A stretch of DNA of 63,920 nt, counting the filler, from Octopus bimaculoides (Eukaryota), in assembly GCF_001194135.2 (NCBI RefSeq). It is 7 parts of 7 records of this genome, joined end to end, with 100 filler letters (N's around TTAATTAATTAA, not from the genome) between each part and the next. Parts side by side here need not be neighbours in the genome. Positions count along the whole stretch, not along the records: positions 1 to 30,302 come from NC_068983.1; 6 more parts are not named here. One strand, 5' to 3'. Shown piece after piece: positions 1 to 11,129 of the stretch; within the stretch, counting starts at the first letter, position 1; the number at the start of each line of letters is the position of its first letter. Both the position numbers and the translations under genes were made by a program. The notes under the pieces are model-generated. The model saw only the letters and a program-made list of their open reading frames with translations. It did no database searches and had not been told where the DNA came from.

Positions 1-247
1 TTCACTCTCCTGTCTTTGTTACCAATTTTAACCCTCCACAAAAAGCCCAAATTTTATTTCATTTGCTTTGTGGGAGCAACTGTTTTATCGAAAGTGTATC
101 CTGTTGTGAATTGCCCGAAATACGAGAGTAGTAAAATAGCCGACTACTGATGAAGGGTCGTTCCTTATGTTGTTCGTCTTGTTTTCCATTTGTGTCTTTC
201 GTTGCTCGAAAAAAAAAGTTCATATTCCATGTACTCGCATATTCTTT

Positions 248-745
248 TCTTTTATTCTTTTGACTCAGTCATTTGACTGCGGCCATGCTGGAGCACCACC
301 TTTAGACGAACAAATCGACCCCACGACTTATTCTTTGTACGCATAGCACTTCCATCGTTCTGTTTTTTTCTGGACCGCCAAGTTACGGGGACGTAAACAC
401 ACCAACAACGGTTGTCAAGCGATGGTGGGGGTATAAACACAGACACACAAACATATATACATATCCACCCGTCTTACCACGAAATCTGTGTTCTCAAATC
501 AGCAAGACGCAATTAATGTTATTTAATAAAATTAGTTTCTACTCATATATATATATGTATGTATATATATATATGACGGGCTTCTTTCAGTTTCCGTCTC
601 CCAAATCCACTCACAAGGCTTTGGTCGGTCCGAGGCTATAGTAGAAGACACTTGCCCAAGGTGCCACGCAGTAAGACTGAACCCGAAACCGTGTGGTTGG
701 TAAGCAAGCTTCTTACCACACAGCCACACTTATATAAAGCTCCAC
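248..745 (-). mobile_element. tRNA-derived CORE-type SINE, near full length, with a ~70-bp insert in its central microsatellite
   Basis: Reverse complement of the 20563-20975 copy: tRNA-like head (GTGGCTGTGTGGTAAG...GGTTCAGTC), CCTTGGGCAAGTGTCTTC (shares ACCTTGGGCAAGT with the MIR CORE), GGATTTG...GACGGAAACTGAAAGAAGCCCGTC, and tail GGTGCTCCAGCATGGCCGCAGTCAAATGACTGA. Confidence 0.85.
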
Positions 746-1156
746 TAAGCCTGTTATATTCATCCTACAAAGAAGTAGACAAATATTATGACAAACTCAA
801 TTCCATTACTGTTCACCAACAATGCTTATGTATTCCTATATTTGACAAACTAGTGTAAGCTACAGTCATCGTAGTAGTGATAATGAAATCATTAGTTCAT
901 GTTCCTTCCGGCCAATATTACTTTCCGAAGTTGAATAAACTCCTCCTGTTTATTTCTGCATCTGTGCATTCGCTTGTTTGTGAATGCACGTAAATATTGC
1001 AAAATATTCCATAGAGTATGGTTTTAATGCAGGCAATGGGCATTGATTACGCTTCCACATGCAACAAAGATAAGTAGACAGACAATAAATATGTATGCGT
1101 ATATGTGTTTGTGCTTGTGTGTGCATATATACATATAAATGCGTATATATATACAT

Positions 1157-1210
<54 letters not shown>

Positions 1211-1948
1211 NNNNNNNNNNNNNNNNNNNNNNNNNNNNNNNNNNNNNNNNNNNNNNNNNNNNNNNNNNNNNNNNNNNNNNNNNNNNNNNNNNNNNNNNNN
1301 NNNNNNNNNNNNNNNNNNNNNNNNNNNNNNNNNNNNNNNNNNNNNNNNNNNNNNNNNNNNNNNNNNNNNNNNNNNNNNNNNNNNNNNNNNNNNNNNNNNN
1401 NNNNNNNNNNNNNNNNNNNNNNNNNNNNNNNNNNNNNNNNNNNNNNNNNNNNNNNNNNNNNNNNNNNNNNNNNNNNNNNNNNNNNNNNNNNNNNNNNNNN
1501 NNNNNNNNNNNNNNNNNNNNNNNNNNNNNNNNNNNNNNNNNNNNNNNNNNNNNNNNNNNNNNNNNNNNNNNNNNNNNNNNNNNNNNNNNNNNNNNNNNNN
1601 NNNNNNNNNNNNNNNNNNNNNNNNNNNNNNNNNNNNNNNNNNNNNNNNNNNNNNNNNNNNNNNNNNNNNNNNNNNNNNNNNNNNNNNNNNNNNNNNNNNN
1701 NNNNNNNNNNNNNNNNNNNNNNNNNNNNNNNNNNNNNNNNNNNNNNNNNNNNNNNNNNNNNNNNNNNNNNNNNNNNNNNNNNNNNNNNNNNNNNNNNNNN
1801 NNNNNNNNNNNNNNNNNNNNNNNNNNNNNNNNNNNNNNNNNNNNNNNNNNNNNNNNNNNNNATATATATATATATATACATATATATAAATGCTTAATCA
1901 CTATTATATAAATATATACATATAATATATATACAAATGTGTATGTGT

Positions 1949-2002
<54 letters not shown>

Positions 2003-3537
2003 GTGCGTGCGTATGTATGTATGTATATATAAATATAAAAATGCATTTATATGTAAAAAATTCGTTTGTGCTTGTTTGATTGTATGTGTGGTATATGCAT
2101 GTGCATGTGCGTATGTGTCTGTGTGTACGTGCGTGTGGGTGTGTGGGTGTATTTGTGTGTGTGTGTGTGTGTATATGAGTGTTTGCCAAGAAAAACTTCA
2201 TCTCAAAGAATAGTAATACATCGACATCAGACGGATGGTTTGAGAGATGAATGGATTTGTATCTAAGTATATAACATGAACATATATAGATGTGCATTTG
2301 TTCATATATGTATATATTTATGTGTGTGTGTGCATGACAGTGTGCGCCTGATAGCGGTTGTATGTGGGCGCAAGCGAGTGTGTGCGTATGCATGTATGTA
2401 CATGTACATCTGTGGGCGTATATGAGCGTATATAAGCGTTAGTGGAGCGTGTATGCGAGCGCACGCGTGTCTTTGCAGAAACATATACAGCTGCTGATAT
2501 CGTATATTCTCATGAACAACGAAGTCTGATAGCTAATATATATACATACACACATATATATATATATTTGTGTGTATGCGTGCGTTTGTGTGTGTGTATG
2601 TATATATATATATATNNNNNNNNNNNNNNNNNNNNNNNNNNNNNNNNNNNNNNNNNNNNNNNNNNNNNNNNNNNNNNNNNNNNNNNNNNNNNNNNNNNNN
2701 NNNNNNNNNNNNNNNNNNNNNNNNNNNNNNNNNNNNNNNNNNNNNNNNNNNNNNNNNNNNNNNNNNNNNNNNNNNNNNNNNNNNNNNNNNNNNNNNNNNN
2801 NNNNNNNNNNNNNNNNNNNNNNNNNNNNNNNNNNNNNNNNNNNNNNNNNNNNNNNNNNNNNNNNNNNNNNNNNNNNNNNNNNNNNNNNNNNNNNNNNNNN
2901 NNNNNNNNNNNNNNNNNNNNNNNNNNNNNNNNNNNNNNNNNNNNNNNNNNNNNNNNNNNNNNNNNNNNNNNNNNNNNNNNNNNNNNNNNNNNNNNNNNNN
3001 NNNNNNNNNNNNNNNNNNNNNNNNNNNNNNNNNNNNNNNNNNNNNNNNNNNNNNNNNNNNNNNNNNNNNNNNNNNNNNNNNNNNNNNNNNNNNNNNNNNN
3101 NNNNNNNNNNNNNNNNNNNNNNNNNNNNNNNNNNNNNNNNNNNNNNNNNNNNNNNNNNNNNNNNNNNNNNNNNNNNNNNNNNNNNNNNNNNNNNNNNNNN
3201 NNNNNNNNNNNNNNNNNNNNNNNNNNNNNNNNNNNNNNNNNNNNNNNNNNNNNNNNNNNNNNNNNNNNNNNNNNNNNNNNNNNNNNNNNNNNNNNNNNNN
3301 NNNNNNNNNNNNNNNNNNNNNNNNNNNNNNNNNNNNNNNNNNNNNNNNNNNNNNNNNNNNNNNNNNNNNNNNNNNNNNNNNNNNNNNNNNNNNNNNNNNN
3401 NNNNNNNNATATATATGGATGTGTGTGTGAACGCGTACGTGTGTGTGTGCGTGTGTGTGTGTGTGTGTATTTGTATATAAGGGATATACTTCATGAATAA
3501 AGTATATGAAGATTCAATATTATAGGGACAGAAGTAG

Positions 3538-3538
3538 A

Positions 3539-3612
<74 letters not shown>

Positions 3613-3647
3613 AGTAGTGGTAGTTATCATTATTATTATTATTATTA

Positions 3648-3711
<64 letters not shown>

Positions 3712-3717
3712 CATTAT
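3538..3717. repeat. Compound trinucleotide microsatellite (AAT)n-(GAT)n-(TAT)n
   Basis: Seen directly; it produces the poly-N/D/Y/I ORFs in the track. Confidence 0.95.
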
Positions 3718-4239
3718 AAAGTAACAATAATAATCCTTTCTTTCATTTTACCGCCGGAGCCCATTCTTACATGCAAAATATTACGCCATTACACAAGGAT
3801 TTAGAAAAGATATATGTGGATGTACATACATATTTATATAAAAATTACGATTGTGGGGGAGAGAAAACGTTACATATTATGTTATTTATTAAATTATTTC
3901 CTTAATGTACAGAGATAAACAATTATTATATTAATGCACAAAACATGAAATTCATAGGAAACAAAACCATCCATTTCGCGGTTTTAGATGCCGCTCTCTT
4001 GGATCTGGTCAGAGTATTTTACGTCACAATAAGTGGGTAAGGAAGGGCTCTGCTAAGTAAGGTTACAACTATTTAAATTGCTTCTTATTAGTAGTGTGTT
4101 AGTTGTACGTTCTTCATTGTCGATTTCATTTCATCCTCAGTTTGTACGTTATGTTTTTTTTTTTCTGCAATTCATTCGTATCTCCCATCAGTTCCTTTGA
4201 CTTTGCTAAGGAATGTGAAATTCATACGGTCCCATGCAT

Positions 4240-4441
4240 CTCCCTCTCTCTCTTTTCTCTCTCATTTTCTATCTCTTTTTCTCTCCGCGTCTCTTTCTTT
4301 CTTTCTCTCATACCCCTATCTCTCTCTTTCTCTCTCTCCCCATCTCTTCCTTTGTCTCACTCTCTGCCTACCCTCGGTCTCTGTTTGTCGTTATCTCTCT
4401 GCCTCTCTGTCAATCTATCTATCTATCTATCTATCTACCTT

Positions 4442-4476
<35 letters not shown>

Positions 4477-4885
4477 GTCTATCTATCTATCTGTCTATCT
4501 ATCTATCGATCTGTCTGTCTATCTATCTATCGCTCACTCTGACCGGCAGGCCGTCTGTCTCTCTCTCTCACTCGTTCTCAGAGCTGCCCTCAGACTCTGT
4601 GTACCTTCCTCTCTCTGTCTTTCCCTTTCTCTCACTCTCTCTCTCTCTCTCTCTCTCTTTGACCTGCCCACAGTGTCACTCTCGCTCTCTCTCAAAGTTG
4701 CCTTCAGTTAGTGTCTGTCTCTGTCTGTCTCTGTCTCTCTGCCTCTCTTTCTCTCTCTCTCTCTCTCTCTATCCCTCTCTCTCTCTATCCCTCTCTCTCT
4801 CTATCCCTCTCTGTCTATCCCTGTCTCTCTCTCTATCCCTCTCTCTCTCTCTCTTTCTCCCTCTCTCTCTCTCTCTCCTCTCTTT
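4240..4885. repeat. Pyrimidine-rich (CT)n/(CTAT)n low-complexity tract
   Basis: Seen directly; it produces the SL/YLSI ORFs. Confidence 0.95.
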
Positions 4886-7800
4886 CAGTTGTCCTCATCG
4901 TTACAAACTTTGTTGCTCCAGAGAGAGACGTTTCCGAAACCTAATGCTGTGTTGCTTTACTTCAGCTACTTTCTGCTTTCTTTCTTTCTCTGCTTATCCA
5001 GCTCCCGTGACTTGAGAGCCACAAAGCTTCAAAGTTTCTGTAACAGTCATATATATAACAGTTGGTCTTTATGCTGTAATCCCTCGATTTTATCGCCTTT
5101 CTCTTTGAATGCACAACAAATTACGTTTTTGGAAGTATTCTGTGATTTTTTTGGTGGTCAGCAGAATCTACAGAACACAACCGACCCCATTTGTTTGTAT
5201 ATATTTGTCTTTCACATCATCGCCCACTACCTACTATTGTGTTGCAAAATTGAAGACTATTTAAAGGAACAACGTCGCCAATAATGCCTCGTACTGTGGT
5301 CCACGTCCTACGTACTTCGTCGTAACATATATTGCCGCAACAACATATTGGCATACGCGTCGTCCGCCACGCCGGTTGGCTTCTTGATTTGCATTCAGTT
5401 TTAAAATGAAGGCACACACTTCCATTGCCTTACACCTACCAATGCAGCATACCTCGTGTCACATATTATCTACGGTTTCCTTTAGCTGTGTTTTAGAGTT
5501 CATTAAAATGCCCATCCGATCTTCAAACACGAGAGTTATGCCATCTTCCTTTTTGTCAATACTTTGAATAATTTCCTCGGGTAAGGATGTGTTAATATTT
5601 GTGACACACTGTTGCCATGATTGTTTATTTCATTTGAGTTTGCACTTTTATAAAATTTCACTTTGGTTTGTAATGATAATGAATCAGAAATTTTAACCAC
5701 CGATGTTAATTTTGTGGATTTTTAAGTTGTCTTTCTTTACTGATGTTAGTTATTTTGTTTATTCTAAAATAATTTACCCCATCGAAAGTCGAATTTTGAT
5801 TGTGTTTGTAAGTATGTGTTTGTCAACCTTGAACGCATTCAGGAGAATGTACGACGATTAACTGAATTCGAGAGGCAGAGATCAGTCAGCGAAGATGCGA
5901 CGAACGACTCGTACGTTCTCGTCCCCCCGTCAAACTCCCCTTGCGATAACCACCTTTCACTTGAACAGTCACCATAGACACTAACGTCCTCGGTACCTGA
6001 AGAAGCTCAATCACTCACTACAAATTAACTACTCGGATACGAGTTAGTGATGACGATGAAGAGGTAGGGAGATATTTCCAGCTAGGCATTGTAGTTGCGA
6101 AAAACTATTGTTAAATTTGTTTACTTGAAAGTCTGGGAGTCAAGATACTGTAAATAACGACAACAATAGCAGAAAAAAAACTAAAGATTATTTCTGAGTA
6201 GAGAGAGTATGCAATTTGTTAGCCGTGAGTAGCAGAGATTCTTGGAAATCAACAGAAAATGCAGATAAAGAAAACAGCGTGTCAGTGACCAAGTAAGTGA
6301 AATATGTGGGGATTGGCCAAGCAGACAAATAGCATGTGTGTATATTGTTTGCAAGGTGTGCGTATCTGTGTGTATATGTGTTTCTCTGTGTGCGTGTGTA
6401 GCTGACGTACCCAGCAAGATATGCAAATGTGATAGGGGGAGTACGTATAGATGTGTTCATTGATAAATGGGATGAAGCATCAATGGCTGTGGAAAATTAA
6501 AAATGCCTCCTGTTAGCAAGAATGATAAAAACTAATCAAGCGTTCTTACTGGGTGATATTTACTCCTTGCTGGATTTTGTTTCGCCGAAGTATTGGTAAT
6601 TAAATGAGCAATTGCTTACAGGTAATCTCTATACATGCACACATACAAATTATTATATATACAGAAATAAATTTATTTCTCAAACGCGTGATAATGTTAT
6701 AAATAGCGTGATCAGGATAAATTATCCATATTTTGCAGAAAAATACATTACCGGCCAGTCATGAGACTCGAACTCACATCTCTGTGACTACGCGTCAAGT
6801 GTTATATATATATAAACAAATAGTAAATGAGTATATGCATATATACGCACAGGTATGTGCATACCGACATCCACCTGTATATATAGGTGCATATCTGGGT
6901 ACAGGACATTGCAAACAAAACGTAGACGAGAAAACACACAAGCCACATAGAGAACATTCTACTTCATCAGCTACCTCCGTTTTAACACCGGCGTTTCGAT
7001 GAGCTGGGCAGGAAGCATCGTTAAAACGGCTCTTCCCATGGACCGCAAATTAAATTTGTATACACAAATTAAATCTTGCCATGGAGGAATGTAGTGGCGG
7101 ACAAAAAACAAGACAGGAAAACAAACAGAAAAGGCTTTACGGCCAGACGAGAAAAATTATGTGTGTATGAACNNNNNNNNNNNNNNNNNNNNNNNNNNNN
7201 NNNNNNNNNNNNNNNNNNNNNNNNNNNNNNNNNNNNNNNNNNNNNNNNNNNNNNNNNNNNNNNNNNNNNNNNNNNNNGACGAAGTAGTTCGCGTGTTTGC
7301 TCGGCGATAGCCAAGGAAGAAAAAGATTATTGACCGGAAGCATGTGACCATGCCGGTGTAAGGGGAAGAGAGAGAGTGGTAGAGGGAGAAACAAAGGGAG
7401 GAAGTAGAAGAATAGGTGAGCAACGAGAGGAAAAGAGAAAGAGAGGAAGTACGAGGGGGAAAAAAGAGATACGTAGAAGTAACAGAGGAAGAACGAGAGG
7501 GGTAAAGCGAGATACGTAGTAGTAAAGAGGAAGAACGAGAGGGGGAAAAGTGATATAGGAAGAGGAAGAGAAAGAGAAAGAGATAGAGTAGTGTCTAGAT
7601 AGATAGACAGATAGATAGATAGATAGATAATATTATGTTTATATATATATATATATATATTATCAAATTAAAGGGGTCAGAGCTGGGCGCAATAGCAGCA
7701 ATAGAGGCACTCTCTCGATAATTCCCATTAGGATGGAACTGTGCAGTTCAGTGTACTAGCTTCTCCAACAAAGGCACCAACGGCACACCCACCGGTGATA

Positions 7801-7929
7801 ACAACAGCAATGGAAATGACAGCATGGGCTGTAGCAGCGGCCGCAGAGGCAAGAACGGCAACAATACCAAGAGCTAAGACAACAGCAACAACACCAGGAT
7901 GTACCCGCTATGTTACGGGAGCGTAATTA

Positions 7930-7980
7930 TACCAACACCGGTTGTCAAGCGTTGGTGGGAGACAAACGCATACACACATA

Positions 7981-8027
<47 letters not shown>

Positions 8028-8145
8028 CGGGATTCTTTCAGTTTTCGTATACCATACATCCACTCACAAGTCTTTGGTCGGCTCGTGGCCAAAGAAGACA
8101 TTCGCTCAAGGCACCATACAGTGACTGGAACCATGGGGCGGGAAA
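7930..8145 (-). mobile_element. CORE-type SINE, diverged partial copy
   Basis: GACGGGATTCTTTCAGTTTTCG...CCACTCACAAG...TTTGGTCGG matches the reverse complement of the family. Confidence 0.7.
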
Positions 8146-9514
8146 TAGGAAGATTATTATAGATTGCTTTCCAACTTAGTTTGTAGAATGTATTAACGGT
8201 AACAGGCATGTGAATATTTTTGGATTTACGTCTCCGAAAGTAAGAAAAAATGAATGCTAATCTAGTGGATCCTTGAAAGCAATCTCAAAGTGAATGTCTT
8301 ATTTAACAGAGCACAAATCTATGATATATTGCGTGCAAGAAGGAGAAAATGGAATCGAGCAATACATTGTTTTGAGCCTTGCATTTTTATGAACCAATCA
8401 TTATGTAGGAACACACGTTATGCCTGAAATATGCATTCTGTGTAGAAGTAGAAAGAAACGAGAATGGCGTGTTTAAAAGAAGTATAATTATAAAAAGAAT
8501 GCTGAAATAATAGAAAAACATGAGGGTAAAAGAGAGAGAAATTTATATAGAGAGGGAGAGAAAGAGAGGGAGAGAAAGAGAGGGAGAGAAAGAGTGAGTG
8601 NNNNNNNNNNNNNNNNNNNNNNNNNNNNNNNNNNNNNNNNNNNNNNNNNNTTATATAGAGAGGGAGAGAAAGAGAGGGAGAGAAAGAGAGGGAGAGAAAG
8701 AGTGAGTGTATGCGTGTGTAAGATAGGTTGTTATATTTCTTTAGAATATTCCATTACTAAAAAAGGATATATATATTTTTTGTCCTTGTTTTTTTTTTCT
8801 TTTTTGTTTTTGTTGTTTTCAGTGTGCTAGGAATTAATATATAGTTAATTAAATAACGATCTATTCATGGAAGAGATGTGATAGAGACCGAAAAGAAAAC
8901 TGTTCAAAACGATGCATAAATTTTAAGTAAATGAAGTGAATTTTCAAAATCGAAGTATTTGATGAGTTTTCATTACGAGGAGATGAAACCGGAAGCCTCG
9001 TTGGAGCTCCGGTCGAAATACGTTGAAGTATTCATTCCCCTTCCTTGCATACCGAGTTTAAATCCTGCCAACGTTGCTTTCGTCGATCATCATTTTGTGG
9101 ATGATAAATAAAGTACCAGTCTCCACCAATGATCTGGAGGAATCGTTATAGCTTTGCAGTATTAGTTTAAGCAGTTGACTTGCCTAATTCAAGCCCTGAC
9201 AAACCTCATTTGTGTATTAGATCCATTCCGTGACCCGGTTTAACACAACCATTTGATTCTTGATGGAGTGAACACTTGAAAACATTTAGGCTAGGTCTCC
9301 GTTTTCAGTATACCTTTCTTCCGCCCTGTTTCAATCTCGATGCCCCTGGAAAATGTCAAGAGAATTGTGTCTCCTTTTTTACTAAGCGATCAAAAAAAAA
9401 AAAACATTCAGACAGCTTTGAAATGTGTTTAAGTTTTAATCAAACAAGATAAGCTCAGGGTCTCTCAATCATAGCAGTAATACATTAACCAAACCTAATT
9501 TATGATATGGCTCA

Positions 9515-9720
9515 AAGCTTAGTGGTTAGGGTATTGCACTCGTGATCATAAGATTGTGGTTTCGATTGCTGGACTGCGCGATGCGTTGTGCTCCGGTCCA
9601 CTCAGTTGATAAAAATGAGTAATCCTGTGAAGGACTGGTGCCCCATCCACGGGATGGGGAATATATACGCCGCAGAATCCGGTAGATTAACTTTATGAGT
9701 TGATCGTTCGAGAAGGATCA
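9515..9720 (+). mobile_element. tRNA-derived SINE with a V-domain-like segment
   Basis: tRNA-like head TAGTGGTTAGGGTATT...GGTTTCGATT, then CCTGTGAAGGACTGGTGCCCCATCCACGGG, which resembles the V-SINE motif CCTGCGATGGACTGGCGACCTGTCCAGGG. Confidence 0.6.
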
Positions 9721-9774
9721 TGATCCTTTTGAAAAGTACTGTAAACTTTAACAAAAATGCTACTGTTGCTGTAG

Positions 9775-9920
9775 GCGCAGGCTAGGCTCTGTAGTAAGAA
9801 GCTTGATTCCCATCCGCATGATTTTGAATTCGATCCCACTGTTCAACCACTTGACAAGTGTCTTCTAGTATAGCACCGGCCGACCAAAACCTTGTTAGTG
9901 GAGTTGTAGACGAGAAGGTC
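9775..9920 (+). mobile_element. CORE-type SINE, 5' half, diverged
   Basis: GGCGCAGG...GTAAGAAGCTTG...TTGACAAGTGTCTTCTAGTATAGC...CCGACCAAA. Confidence 0.7.
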
Positions 9921-10670
9921 GTAAATATATCTATGTATACATACATATATACATACATATATANNNNNNNNNNNNNNNNNNNNNNNNNNNNNNNNNNNNN
10001 NNNNNNNNNNNNNNNNNNNNNNNNNNNNNNNNNNNNNNNNNNNNNNNNNNNNNNNNNNNNNNNNNNNNNNNNNNNNNNNNNNNNNNNNNNNNNNNNNNNN
10101 NNNNNNNNNNNNNNNNNNNNNNNNNNNNNNNNNNNNNNNNNNNNNNNNNNNNNNNNNNNNNNNNNNNNNNNNNNNNNNNNNNNNNNNNNNNNNNNNNNNN
10201 NNNNNNNNNNNNNNNNNNNNNNNNNNNNNNNNNNNNNNNNNNNNNNNNNNNNNNNNNNNNNNNNNNNNNNNNNNNNNNNNNNNNNNNNNNNNNNNNNNNN
10301 NNNNNNNNNNNNNNNNNNNNNNNNNNNNNNNNNNNNNNNNNNNNNNNNNNNNNNNNNNNNNNNNNNNNNNNNNNNNNNNNNNNNNNNNNNNNNNNNNNNN
10401 NNNNNNNNNNNNNNNNNNNNNNNNNNNNNNNNNNNNNNNNNNNNNNNNNNNNNNNNNNNNNNNNNNNNNNNNNNNNNNNNNNNNNNNNNNNNNNNNNNNN
10501 NNNNNNNNNNNNNNNNNNNNNNNNNNNNNNNNNNNNNNNNNNNNNNNNNNNNNNNNNNNNNNNNNNNNNNNNNNNNNNNNNNNNNNNNNNNNNNNNNNNN
10601 NNNNNNNNNNNNNNNNNNNNNNNNNNNNNNNNNNNNNNNNNNNNNNNNNNNNNNNNNNNNNNNNNNNNNN

Positions 10671-10706
<36 letters not shown>

Positions 10707-11129
10707 TAGACATGTCTATCTGTATTCAGTACCAGAAACATTTTTTTAAAAATTGATAAACGCCGTAGTTTATCGTCTGAAAACATCGTTCGTGGTTTTC
10801 CATTCAGAAAATATAGAAATCAAACTCAATTATTGTTCTATACAAGTGTATAGTATACATAGGATACAACATTAAAAAAATGTTTTATCTTCTCGGTTTC
10901 TATGTGTTATTAATTCTAATTGCCATCTTATGTTTAACACTTTTAACCGTGATATAGTTTTCAAAACACATTTAATTTTCTGGAAAGTGCAAACTTAAGA
11001 AAAAATTATTTTTTCTGTGCAGCTGAAGATATATAAGACATTAGACTCTCAGAATGATTTTCCCCTAATATTTTTCCATTCACAGAGTTCCTGAAACTGA
11101 ATAATGAAAAGCTCATTATTTAAAGATCA

